From positions 960,001 through 1,024,000 of the forward strand of contig CBDCTZ010000014.1 in NCBI GenBank assembly GCA_965222375.1: a stretch of 64,000 bases of DNA. The letters run 5' to 3'. Below the pieces are notes generated by a model. That model saw only the letters and a list, made by a program, of their open reading frames with translations. It ran no database searches and was not told where the DNA came from. The first letter of the stretch is position 1. The number at the start of each line of letters is the position of its first letter. Positions 1 through 9,204 of this stretch are shown here, one piece after another. The position numbers were made by a program, and so were the translations under genes. Origin of the DNA: Polyangiaceae bacterium. GTDB lineage: Bacteria; Myxococcota_A; Polyangia; Polyangiales; Polyangiaceae.

Positions 1-122
1 CCGGCGCCATCGGCCACTGCGAACAAGCCCAAATTGCGGACCACCAGGACGACGTCTTCATTGTGTCGGCGCACGCGGCCCCGATCTGTCGCGCCGAACG
101 CCTGAAGAGAAAGCCCGCTCAC
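1..122 (-). CDS. PP2C/PPM-family Ser/Thr protein phosphatase, N-terminal part only (runs off the window edge)
   Basis: Not in the ORF track. Minus strand from GTG at 122 reads MSGLSLQAFGATDRGRVRRHNEDVVLVVRNLGLFAVADGAG, matching the PP2C N-terminal motifs TDxGxxRxxNED and LFxVADG. Confidence 0.85.
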   Translation of the reverse strand, partial: MSGLSLQAFGATDRGRVRRHNEDVVLVVRNLGLFAVADGA

Positions 123-156
123 CCGCTGCGGTTAGCGCGATGGCCTTTCCGCGTCT

Positions 157-329
157 AGTGCATCGATTCTGATGAATCTATGCACTTGCCCTGTTCGTCG
201 GGAGCATAGCTCCCGCCCCGCTGAAGTGAACTACGCGCTTGTGATGCGCTTCGCGATACTCGACGGGGTAATACCCGAAGGGGTGCAGCGGGGCCCCACC
301 CTCAGGTTTCGGGGCCCCAACTCCGAAAC
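157..329. repeat. Dense cluster of inverted repeats (candidate structured RNA or REP/MITE-like element)
   Basis: AGTGCATCGATTC(157-169)/GAATCTATGCACT(174-186); CGGGAGC-ATA-GCTCCCG(199-215); GCCCCGCTG(215-223)/CAGCGGGGC(286-294); GTTTCGGGG(306-314)/CTCCGAAAC(321-329). Confidence 0.55.
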
Positions 330-335
330 GGCTCC

Positions 336-1049
336 TCAGTCCGACAGAACCTCTGTCTCTGTTCCGGGGGGCGGTCGCTCTACGGGATCCAAAGCCCCCG
401 GGGGCTCGGTCTCGCGTTCCGGTGGGCGCGCCAACAATGGTGGAGCGTCCGCCGGTATGTCCCGGGCGATGCGCAACGCCAGGAGCAGGCGGCGCGGGTG
501 ACTAGGGCCATATCCAAGCTGGTAGTCGACCAAATAGCCATTGCGACCGACTATCGCGACGGCCGGCACCGTGGAGACCGGATCGTAGGCAGTAGAAAAG
601 CGAGGGTAGTCGGTGGCTCGTACGGTGGGGTGCTCGAAGCCCAGGCGGGCCAAATAGCCGTCGACCATATGCCAGGTGCTGGGCTCATCCACGCTGACGC
701 CGATCACAGGGATGTCGCCGCCGATGACCTCTAGCGCGCGCGAGAGCACTGGCAGCTTCATTTCGCAGACTTCGCACCAGGTCGCGAAGAACACGACCAC
801 GAAGGCGCTCTTGCCCACCAAGTCTCGAGAGTCCACGGGGGTGCCGCTGGTGGTCCTCACCCGAAACGCGGGCACACGCTCCGTGGGTGAGAGCGCACGA
901 AACGGCTCACCCGTGTCTTCCTCTACTGGTGGCGCTGGCGATTCTGCCGTTGTGTGGCCGCCGCTGGGCGCGCATCCAAGGGCAGCGCAGAGTAGACCCA
1001 GCGCGGCGTGAGGCGAGTGCCGACGTCTCTGGACCTGCGGTCGGGTCAC
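336..1049 (-). CDS. TlpA/redoxin-family thiol-disulfide oxidoreductase lipoprotein
   Basis: VVFFATWCEVC (WCxxC) thioredoxin motif and lipobox-like ALGC. Start moved to GTG 1049, which overlaps the upstream stop (GTGA). Confidence 0.8.
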   Translation of the reverse strand: MTRPQVQRRRHSPHAALGLLCAALGCAPSGGHTTAESPAPPVEEDTGEPFRALSPTERVPAFRVRTTSGTPVDSRDLVGKSAFVVVFFATWCEVCEMKLPVLSRALEVIGGDIPVIGVSVDEPSTWHMVDGYLARLGFEHPTVRATDYPRFSTAYDPVSTVPAVAIVGRNGYLVDYQLGYGPSHPRRLLLALRIARDIPADAPPLLARPPERETEPPGALDPVERPPPGTETEVLSD

Positions 1050-2098
1050 GGTTTGAAGATCTTCGAAGTCTTCACGACTTCGAACTCGCTGCCTGGGACT
1101 TGCTTCAATTGGCCCAGCTGATCGTCGTCGAAGCTGGGATGGGAAGCGCCGGAGATGAACCAATTCGAGCCGTTGTCCGCGACGATCATGCCGTATTTCT
1201 TGAGGGCCTCCAGAACAACCCGAGCAGGCCCGGAGTAGGGGGAAAGGTCGAACGCTGCCTTCAAGCGCAACCGCAGCCCCATGGGGGGCGCTGCAGCATC
1301 CGTGTTGTTACTGGCCCAATGCGTGGCCGGGTGAATGTAGGCCTTCTGGGTCACGCTGACCGTGAAGCGGAGTGCGTGACGGATTTCTCCCGCGGTCACG
1401 GCCTCTTCGTAGCGAACTAGGCCTGGCAAAATCGGCAATCCCGCCGCATCCGCGCTCGTCCATCCGTCCGGGCGCAGTGCGTTGGAGCCTAGGTCGAACA
1501 CCGCGCCGGAGTAGGCAGTCCAGCCCGGCCCGACGAACTTGCTATCGAACATCTCGTACAGCTTGCAGGCGTCCTTGTCGAGGACCAGGACGTGACGATC
1601 GCCCGTCGACGCTTTGCCGCCTTCAATGGGCGCGTCGGGTGGAATTGGGTAGGGACCGGGATCGCTCTCGCTGGGCACGGAGAAGGTCACGTCCACCTTC
1701 GGTTGCGAGGAGTCCACCACGACGTAGGGGATGCCGTAGTTGGGATTCGAACCGAAGTCCGGGTGCAGCTTGTCGCCACCGTTGCCCAGTATGTGGTTGA
1801 TGTAGGCGCTCGAGTTTTGGTCGACGGGATCGGTGGATACGTCTCGGTTCCACTCGTTGTCGGGTGGGAAGATCGCGCAGCCTTGAATGCTCGGGCCTTT
1901 GCCCACGGCGCCGCCGGTACCCGTACCCCCCGTGCCGGCGCCACCGGTGCCGGACCCTGCGACGCCACCCCCACTACCGGCGTTGCCGCCCGCGCCCGTC
2001 GCGCCACTTCCGGTGCCGCCGGTCGTGGCGCCTGCGGACGAGTTTTCCTTGCAGCCCGAACACAGCGCCAGTGCCGCCAAGAGCATGATGCTTCGCAT
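1046..2098 (-). CDS. Conserved hypothetical lipoprotein with Gly/Thr-rich linker
   Basis: Signal peptide with lipobox LCSGC, a GGTG-rich linker, then a globular domain (FPPDNEWN..., YGIPY, GDRH, DAAGLP, YGMIVADNG). Confidence 0.75.
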   Translation of the reverse strand: MRSIMLLAALALCSGCKENSSAGATTGGTGSGATGAGGNAGSGGGVAGSGTGGAGTGGTGTGGAVGKGPSIQGCAIFPPDNEWNRDVSTDPVDQNSSAYINHILGNGGDKLHPDFGSNPNYGIPYVVVDSSQPKVDVTFSVPSESDPGPYPIPPDAPIEGGKASTGDRHVLVLDKDACKLYEMFDSKFVGPGWTAYSGAVFDLGSNALRPDGWTSADAAGLPILPGLVRYEEAVTAGEIRHALRFTVSVTQKAYIHPATHWASNNTDAAAPPMGLRLRLKAAFDLSPYSGPARVVLEALKKYGMIVADNGSNWFISGASHPSFDDDQLGQLKQVPGSEFEVVKTSKIFKP

Positions 2099-2169
2099 GC
2101 CGTTCAGCTTACGAGACCGCGGTGCCTCGCGAAAGTTGACCGCGAAATGTCCCGGTTTTCACAGAAGCG

Positions 2170-3408
2170 GTGCCAGGTGTTAGCTTCGGTGCCGTGGGAT
2201 CCGAGGCTTCCGCGGGGCTAGTGCTATCTGGGGGCGGCATGCGCGGCGCCTACGAAGTCGGCGTCGTGGCGGGGATGATGGAAGTGCTGGGGCGTACCGC
2301 CAAAGACGCGCCCCTGTTCCGCGTCTTCTCGGGGACCAGCGTTGGCGCCATCAACTGCGCGTTTTTTGCATCGCGTGCCCACGAAGGGGACCACGGGGTT
2401 CGCCACTTGGTGGAAATGTGGAAGAGCCTGCGCCTGCGTGACCACTTAGCGCTGCGGCCTTTCGGGCTGTTGCGAACGCCGAAGGCGGCGTTGGAGCTGA
2501 TGCCTCCGTTGCGTCCTGGCCGCTCACTGCTGGATGCGCGAGCGATTCAGCGCACCGTCGAAAGTGCCATCGACTTTCCGCGCCTCCACGAGAACGTGGC
2601 CGAGGGAAACGTGAAGGCGCTGCTCATCGCCGCACTGCACGTCGTTTCCGGTCGCACGACCGTATTTGCCGAGGTTTCACCGGGGCACCGCTTCGCGCCC
2701 TCTCGGGGGTCGGGCCGGATCGCTCACCAGGAGAAAATCGGCATCAATCACGTCTTGGCGTCAGCCGCCATTCCGCTGCTTTTTCCGACGCGACGGGTGG
2801 GGGGGCGCTTCTATTGCGATGGCGGCCTCCGCTTCAACACGCCCATCGCCCCGGCGTTGCGTGCCGGCGCCAAAAAACTGGTCGTCATCGCCGTGGGCCA
2901 TCAGGCCTCGCCGGAGGAGCAGATGGAGAAGGACCTGAGCATCGATGAAGCGGAAGGCAGAGATTTGTCCAGCTTGTTCCTCGTCGGAAAGCTGCTCAAC
3001 GCATTGATGCTCGACCCCGTCCACTACGATCTTCAGGTGCTCGAACGATTGAACCAGATCGTCGAAGTCCTGGAAGAGGCCTTGAGCCCAGAAGAGCAAG
3101 AGCGCTTTCAGTCTGTGCTGCTGCGCACTCGCGGCGCGGCCTACCGCAAAATCGACACTCTCGTGTTTCGGCCCACTCAGGACTTGGGCGAAATCGCGGG
3201 ACGATTCATGCGCACCTCCCTCGATCATCTGGACATCGGGCGATTACCCAAAGCCGTTCTTAGGCGTGCAGCGGCGGAAGGGCTGGGGCGCGAGGCGGAT
3301 TGGGCGTCGTATCTATTCTTCGACGGTGCTCTCGCCGCGGAGTTGATTCAACTTGGCAGGCGCGACGCTTTGGACAGGTCCGCGGCCATCAAGTCGTTGC
3401 TCGGTTGA
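2170..3408 (+). CDS. Patatin-like phospholipase
   Basis: GGGMRG glycine loop, GTSVG nucleophile elbow, DGG motif; exact start uncertain. Confidence 0.9.
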   Translation: MPGVSFGAVGSEASAGLVLSGGGMRGAYEVGVVAGMMEVLGRTAKDAPLFRVFSGTSVGAINCAFFASRAHEGDHGVRHLVEMWKSLRLRDHLALRPFGLLRTPKAALELMPPLRPGRSLLDARAIQRTVESAIDFPRLHENVAEGNVKALLIAALHVVSGRTTVFAEVSPGHRFAPSRGSGRIAHQEKIGINHVLASAAIPLLFPTRRVGGRFYCDGGLRFNTPIAPALRAGAKKLVVIAVGHQASPEEQMEKDLSIDEAEGRDLSSLFLVGKLLNALMLDPVHYDLQVLERLNQIVEVLEEALSPEEQERFQSVLLRTRGAAYRKIDTLVFRPTQDLGEIAGRFMRTSLDHLDIGRLPKAVLRRAAAEGLGREADWASYLFFDGALAAELIQLGRRDALDRSAAIKSLLG

Positions 3409-5669
3409 CCGCCAATGGGCCGCGCATGGCTTACAGGACGCCGGCCTGTCCGGCCATCAATGGCTTCCCTCAGAGCATGGGACAGCTCGGCCAGGCTGAA
3501 GGGCTTTCGCAGGAGCTGACCGAGGGCGTCCTCGGACCAACCGTCGTCTCGGCAGTAGCCGGAGATGAACAGGATCCCCAGTTCGGGATGGCGCAAGCGC
3601 AACTCGGCGGCAAGTTCGGGTCCGCCCATGTTGGGCATCAGCACGTCGGTGACGATGGCAGCCACGTCTCGGAGAGCGCCCTGATCGCTCATCTCCAACG
3701 CCTCGGCGCCAGAATCAGCCGTGAGTACGTGGTAGCCGATGCGCTGCAGCAGCCGGCGCGTGCTCCGCCGAACTGCGGGGTCGTCTTCGACGAGCAGCAG
3801 CGTCTCGGTGCCTAAGGTGGCCCTGCTAGGTGGCGACGATGAAACAGCGCGAGCGCTGGTGCCGTAGCGCGGTACGAAGAGTGAGAAACAACTGCCCCTG
3901 CCCACGACAGAGTCGACGGTGACGGTTCCACCGAGTTGGTGCGCAATGCCGTGCACGCTGGCGAGACCGAGCCCGGTGCCGGTCTTTTTGGTCGTGTAGA
4001 AAGGAGTGAAGACCCGGTCCAGAGTCTCTTGATCCATGCCTACGCCGGTGTCCTGAAGGTGCAGTACGACATACTCCCCAGGTGCCAGGCCCCGTTTACA
4101 GAGATGCCCGCCCATCTTTGCAACGATGGTCTCGCTTGCGACGCGCCAAACGCCGCCGTCGGGCATTGCGTCTCGGGCGTTCGCAGCCAGATTGATGAGG
4201 ATCCGCTCGAGCTGTACGGGGTCCGCCAAGATGGATGCGTTCCCACTTGCCAGTGCATATTCCACACGAACGGATGTCTCGAGGACACGTTCCAACCATC
4301 GCGCCATCTTCGCTACGAGGGCATCCAGGGAGATTTCCCGGGGCGCCACGACCTGTTTGCGTCCGAAGGTGAGGAGCTGCTGCGTGAGAGTTCGCCCGCG
4401 CTCGGCGGCCGCCGCGATCTCGCCCACGAGTTGGTTGCGGTCGGTTCTCGCGGTCTCTTCGTCCAGCAGCAGTTCTGCGGAAGCCATGATGTTCACGAGG
4501 ATGTTGTTGAAATCGTGGGCAACTCCCCCGGCAAGCAAGGCGATTGCTTCCAGTTTCTGAGCGTTCTGCAGTTCCGCCTCTAGCCGCCGCTTTTCGGTCA
4601 CGTCGCGGGCTAGCCCCATCACAGCTTCTCGGCCGCCATATCGGACTCGGGTGCCCGTCGACTCCAGACTGACAGTGCTCCCGTCCTTTCGCAGGTGCAC
4701 TGTGTTGAATTCGGCGCAACTTCCCTGCTCGAGAGTCGCTCGCACCGCGGCTTGCCCGCGCTCCACATCCACGGAAATGGCCTTGAGCGAACTGCCCAGA
4801 AGCTCTCGGCGCGAAAATCCGTGCATTTCACAGAAACGCGGATTCACCTCCAGAATCGTTTCCGATTCCGGCTCGAAGATAACGATCCCATCCTGAGCGT
4901 TTTGAAACAGAACGCGGTAGTCGTTCTCCGCTTCCCGACGTGCACGCACGTCAACGAGAACCACGACACTCCCAGTGCGTTCGAGGTTCTTGGACGCAAA
5001 CAGGTCGACGTCCGCGACGGAACCGTCTTTACGTCGCACGCCGATCTCGAGGACATCCCCGCTTTCGGAAGCGGTGTCGCTCGCTTCCAGGGGGAGGGGA
5101 GCGCCGATTAGCTCGGCGCGCCTCCAGCCCAGCAGAGTTTCACAGTGCGCGTTGCACTTGCTCACTGCGCCACTACTGTCCAACAGGCATACCGCCAGCG
5201 GGACGGTGTCGAGCAGTTCGTCCAGAGTTCTTTCGATACGAACCAGCTGCTCCTCGGTGCGCCGCCGCGCGGAAATGTCCCTGATGATGGATTGGCTTCC
5301 GACGAGGCTTCCGCCCTCGCGCAGCCCGAGTACGGAGATTTCCAGAGGCACTTCGAAGCCATCTCGACGGCGCCCGAAGAACTCGAAGACCGTTGGGGCC
5401 GCCTCGCCTCGCATGCGCTGTTCGTGGATTCGGCGCACCTTTTCCTGCGATCGCGGGGCGACCAAGTCGTCGATACTCATCTGCAGCGTCTCGTCGGCGG
5501 TGTATCGAAACAGCTCCAAAAACGCGGCATTTGCGTAGACGATACGTCCGTCGACATCGTCGATGGCAACGGCTTCCCGCAGATGCTCGAGCACTTGACC
5601 ATAGGACAAATCCGACAGCACACGGGACAAGCGCGTGCTAGGGCTGTCTGCGTTTCTTGATCTATTCAC
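3348..5669 (-). CDS. PAS-domain hybrid sensor histidine kinase/response regulator
   Basis: Three PAS-like repeats, H-box AHDFNN, NLAANARDAM, DTGVGM and GTGLGL, C-terminal receiver (LLVEDD, TDVLMP, KPF). Confidence 0.93.
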   Translation of the reverse strand: MNRSRNADSPSTRLSRVLSDLSYGQVLEHLREAVAIDDVDGRIVYANAAFLELFRYTADETLQMSIDDLVAPRSQEKVRRIHEQRMRGEAAPTVFEFFGRRRDGFEVPLEISVLGLREGGSLVGSQSIIRDISARRRTEEQLVRIERTLDELLDTVPLAVCLLDSSGAVSKCNAHCETLLGWRRAELIGAPLPLEASDTASESGDVLEIGVRRKDGSVADVDLFASKNLERTGSVVVLVDVRARREAENDYRVLFQNAQDGIVIFEPESETILEVNPRFCEMHGFSRRELLGSSLKAISVDVERGQAAVRATLEQGSCAEFNTVHLRKDGSTVSLESTGTRVRYGGREAVMGLARDVTEKRRLEAELQNAQKLEAIALLAGGVAHDFNNILVNIMASAELLLDEETARTDRNQLVGEIAAAAERGRTLTQQLLTFGRKQVVAPREISLDALVAKMARWLERVLETSVRVEYALASGNASILADPVQLERILINLAANARDAMPDGGVWRVASETIVAKMGGHLCKRGLAPGEYVVLHLQDTGVGMDQETLDRVFTPFYTTKKTGTGLGLASVHGIAHQLGGTVTVDSVVGRGSCFSLFVPRYGTSARAVSSSPPSRATLGTETLLLVEDDPAVRRSTRRLLQRIGYHVLTADSGAEALEMSDQGALRDVAAIVTDVLMPNMGGPELAAELRLRHPELGILFISGYCRDDGWSEDALGQLLRKPFSLAELSHALREAIDGRTGRRPVSHARPIGGQPSNDLMAADLSKASRLPS

Positions 5670-5718
5670 CTAACCTTAAACTATACGCGAATCTGAAGCA
5701 TTCACCCAGCCTAAAGGA

Positions 5719-6438
5719 GTGAGCGGCATGTCGAGCACGACCAATACAGCGTTAGTGAAAACGGAGACTCGGGGCGACGTCCTCGTCGTGCAGATGGATG
5801 ATGGCAAAGCCAACGCGCTCAGCCCAAAAATGCTCGAGGCGTTGGACCAGGCTTTTGCGGCCGCCGAGTCCGACGCTAAAGCGTTGGTTCTGACGGGCCG
5901 CGCTGGTCGCTTTTCGGCGGGCTTTGACCTCAAGCACATGATGGCTGGGCCCGAATCAGCCCGAGCGCTGGTGCGCCGAGGCGCCGAGGTCTTGATGCGG
6001 CTGTATGGTCACCCCCAGCCAGTAGTTGCAGCGTGCACAGGTCACGCGTTGGCGGGCGGTGCACTGCTGCTCTTGTGTGCCGATGTGCGCGTGGGTGCGC
6101 AAGGGGAGTTCAAGCTCGGTCTAAGCGAGGTGTCGATCGGCATGCCGCTGCCGATTCTCGCCCACGAGCTAGCAAGGGACCGGCTGGAGCGTCGCCATTT
6201 TCTCGCCGCGACGTTGTTCGCCGCACAATATGCGCCGGATCGCGCCGTGGATGTGGGCTACTTGGATCGAGTCGTTGACCCGGCCGAGGTAGTCGCGAGC
6301 GCTTCGGAGCAGGCGCAGCAGCTCGCCAAGTTGCCGCCGGTGCCCTTCAAGCTGACCAAGCGCTCTCTCCGCAAACGCACGGTCGAGCATATATTGACGA
6401 CCTTGGACGACAACATTCGCGAATTCACGGGCGGGTAG
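5719..6438 (+). CDS. Crotonase/enoyl-CoA hydratase family protein
   Basis: DDGKANAL, FSAGFDL and GHALAGG motifs; AAAGGAG RBS upstream (start may be ATG 5728). Confidence 0.9.
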   Translation: MSGMSSTTNTALVKTETRGDVLVVQMDDGKANALSPKMLEALDQAFAAAESDAKALVLTGRAGRFSAGFDLKHMMAGPESARALVRRGAEVLMRLYGHPQPVVAACTGHALAGGALLLLCADVRVGAQGEFKLGLSEVSIGMPLPILAHELARDRLERRHFLAATLFAAQYAPDRAVDVGYLDRVVDPAEVVASASEQAQQLAKLPPVPFKLTKRSLRKRTVEHILTTLDDNIREFTGG

Positions 6439-6440
6439 GG

Positions 6441-7814
6441 TCACCAGCCCAGATACAGCGCGGTTAGGAATACGACTTGGCTGGCGAGAAGCAGGACCGC
6501 GGTGTAGCCGATGATGTCCCGAGCCTTCACTCCGGTGATGCCCAGTAGCGGCAAAGCCCAGAACGGTTGCAGCATGTTGGTCCATTGATCCCCGTAGACG
6601 AGGGCCATCACCAGGCGCGCTGGCCCGATGCCCGTGTCCACTGCGGCTTGCATCAGCACTGGCCCCTGTACGGCCCATTGCCCGCCGCCGCTCGGCACGA
6701 ACAAGTTGACCAAGCCTGCTGCGTAGAAGCTCACGGCGGGGAGTGCGCCGGCACCAACACCAGCGAAGGCCGCCGCGATCGCTTTGAGCAATCCCGTTCC
6801 CGTTAGGAGCCCCATGATGCCGGCGTAGAACGGAAACTGGAGAATGATGCCAGCACAGCCGCGAGTGGCTTCAGCCACCGCGTTGGCGTAGGCGCGCGCG
6901 GAGCCGTGCATGGCGAGCCCCAAGAACAGAAAGGCGAAGTTGATCAGGTTCGGGTCCAGTCGCCCGAGCCCCTGTTTGCGCACCCAGAGCAGCCAGGTGA
7001 TGGCACCGAGCAAGGCCACTGCCAGTGCTAGCAAAGTCGAGCGATCCATTCGCGCCGCCGGGCTGGAAGCGGAAGCGTCCGCGTCGGCTTCTGCCAAGTT
7101 GGGAGCGGCCAGCTCGCACTCTCTTCGCTCTTCAGAGTCGCGCGGCATCATCCGCACCAGCAACACGGGGACCAACAGGATCAACAGGGCGTTGGCTACC
7201 AGGTTCGGGGCGGCGAAGATGGTTTCGCCCAGTGAAAGCGTGCCGATGCGCGCTGCAAGGTTTGGCCCGAGGATTTGCGAGACATCTTTGGCAAGAGTCA
7301 GCTTGAGAGGCGCCGAGCCGCTGAGCCCGCCATGCCAGACCAACAGACCGCTGTAGCCGGCGGCGGCGAGCAGGGGGTAGTGGACGGCGATCTTGTGCGC
7401 CTTGGCGCGCTCACCTACCGCCCGTGCCAACAGGGCACCGGCGATCAAACCCAAGCCCCAATTGATGAGGGCCAACAGCATGGCAGAGACGCTGACGATG
7501 GCTATGGCACTCGCCGGCGTTCGTGCCCGCGCCGCGAGCGCATCCAGCAGCCGTCTCACCGGTGGACTGGATGCGAAAGCATGCCCCGTGACCAGGATCA
7601 GGCACATCTGCATACCGAATCCCAGGAGGTTCCAAAAGCCCTTGCCGGTCCCGCCGCCGTGGACCCAGGCCAGCAGTGTCCGCGAGGCGTCGTAGCCGGT
7701 GAACACGAAGGCTGCGCCGACGCTGACGAAGGTGAGCAGGATCGCCAACACGAAGGGATCCGGGACCCACCTCTGAGACAATCGGGACAGCGTGCCGCCG
7801 AGCCGCTCCAGCAT
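6441..7814 (-). CDS. atoE: Short-chain fatty acid transporter, AtoE family
   Basis: PDPFVLAI, FGMQMCLILVTG, WHGGLSGSAPL, LQFPFYAGIMG, VPSGGGQWAVQGP and NMLQPFWALP motifs; polytopic. Confidence 0.88.
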   Translation of the reverse strand: MLERLGGTLSRLSQRWVPDPFVLAILLTFVSVGAAFVFTGYDASRTLLAWVHGGGTGKGFWNLLGFGMQMCLILVTGHAFASSPPVRRLLDALAARARTPASAIAIVSVSAMLLALINWGLGLIAGALLARAVGERAKAHKIAVHYPLLAAAGYSGLLVWHGGLSGSAPLKLTLAKDVSQILGPNLAARIGTLSLGETIFAAPNLVANALLILLVPVLLVRMMPRDSEERRECELAAPNLAEADADASASSPAARMDRSTLLALAVALLGAITWLLWVRKQGLGRLDPNLINFAFLFLGLAMHGSARAYANAVAEATRGCAGIILQFPFYAGIMGLLTGTGLLKAIAAAFAGVGAGALPAVSFYAAGLVNLFVPSGGGQWAVQGPVLMQAAVDTGIGPARLVMALVYGDQWTNMLQPFWALPLLGITGVKARDIIGYTAVLLLASQVVFLTALYLGW

Positions 7815-7973
7815 GCCGCGACGGTACCTCAGACTGCCCGAAGTGAGGAGCTACGCAGGCGCCCGGGATTTCCACACAATCCGCTGGCGGCCCGCCGCGG
7901 TCAGGGTACAGTACCCCCGCACGCGGCGAAGAGCGGGGCGCTGTGGGCTTTGTCCTTGTGAGGAACCCTGACG

Positions 7974-9038
7974 ATGAAGAACACCGCGGCAATTCTTGCC
8001 ATCGCTTCCCTCGTACTCGCTTGTGGCGGCGAGGATTCGAACGCGAGCGGTAGCGGCAGTGCTTCGGCAAGCGGTGGGACCGCTGGTGCGGGCGGCGGAG
8101 GAAGTGCCACTGGTGGCGTGGGCAATGCTGGTGGTTCGTCCTTCAGCGTGGACATAGGGCCGATCAAGGTGGATCCCGGCGATGAGCGAACTCAGTGCGT
8201 TGTCAAGCGCTTGGGCAATCCCGCGGGCTTCAAAGCGGGGCGCATCGTCAACAAGATCTCGAGTTCCTCTCATCACATGATCGTCTATCGCACCAAAGAT
8301 ACTCAGGAACGCTTGACGCCCTTCGATTGCTCGCCCTTTGTCGAGACTCTGGACCCGGAAAAGGGTTCTCCGCTGATGATCACTCAGAAGTACGACGACT
8401 CCCTGCAGCTGCCACCGGGGGTCGGGTACACCTTCGACGAGAACCAGATGATTCGCGTCGAGTTGCACTACATCAACACCGGGCAAAGCCCCGTCGATGT
8501 CACGGCCACGAGCACGTTTGTCGGAGTGCCGGATGGCAGCTTCAAGAACGAGGCGGACTTTCTGTTCATTGGGGATGTCGATATCAGCCTTGCGCCGAAG
8601 AGTTCAGATACGGTGGGGCCGACTTATTTCGAGCTGCCCAAGGAGTTTGATGAGGCGAATTTCTTCGCTATTACCGGGCATACTCATCAGTACGGAACCA
8701 ACATGACCGTTGCGACGGCGCCGGGCGCTGCTCCTGGGTCGGACACCATGGTGTACGACGTTCCAGGTTGGGCTTGGGACGAGCCAGCGACCATCGCGCA
8801 TGACCCCCCGTTCAAGATCTCTAGTGGCGGCGGGTTCCGCTTCAGCTGTGAGTACAAGAACACCAGCAACAAGACGATTGGGTTCGGTGAGAGCGCCAAC
8901 CAGGAGATGTGCTTCTTCTGGGCCTACTACTACCCAAGCAAAGGCGCGCGGGTCTGTTTTCAAACGGACCAGTATGCCGGCGGGATCGCCACCTGTTGTC
9001 CGGGCGGCGCGTTTTGCGACTTCTTGGGGTCTTTCTGA
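7974..9038 (+). CDS. Lipoprotein with copper type II ascorbate-dependent monooxygenase (PHM/DBH-like) domains
   Basis: Lipobox VLAC and Gly linker; SHHM, ELHY, GHTH and EMC motifs match the CuH and CuM ligand pattern. Confidence 0.8.
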   Translation: MKNTAAILAIASLVLACGGEDSNASGSGSASASGGTAGAGGGGSATGGVGNAGGSSFSVDIGPIKVDPGDERTQCVVKRLGNPAGFKAGRIVNKISSSSHHMIVYRTKDTQERLTPFDCSPFVETLDPEKGSPLMITQKYDDSLQLPPGVGYTFDENQMIRVELHYINTGQSPVDVTATSTFVGVPDGSFKNEADFLFIGDVDISLAPKSSDTVGPTYFELPKEFDEANFFAITGHTHQYGTNMTVATAPGAAPGSDTMVYDVPGWAWDEPATIAHDPPFKISSGGGFRFSCEYKNTSNKTIGFGESANQEMCFFWAYYYPSKGARVCFQTDQYAGGIATCCPGGAFCDFLGSF

Positions 9039-9058
9039 CCCCTGAGCATCTATCGGGC

Positions 9059-9161
9059 GCGGCGGCGGGGATGAGTTTGTCCTGCAGCCGCCGCAGCCCT
9101 TCCAAGAGCGCTCGCCCCGGGGCGTGGGCGGTCTAGCCTCCGCCTCAGCGAGCGCCCTCTT
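9059..9161. terminator. Pair of GC-rich hairpins between convergent genes (terminator or REP-like)
   Basis: GCGGCGGC(9059-9066)/GCCGCCGC(9087-9094) and GCGCTCGC(9108-9115)/GCGAGCGC(9148-9155); no clear U-tract. Confidence 0.4.
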
Positions 9162-9204
9162 CTCGATGAGATTCAACCAGATCAGATACTTGCGCGCGCC
9201 TACT

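Noticed and set aside
1900..2040. GGC/ACC-rich quasi-repeats here and at ~8050-8130, ~11290-11350 and ~62580-62660
   Set aside because: They encode Gly/Thr/Ala lipoprotein linkers and are not independent DNA repeats
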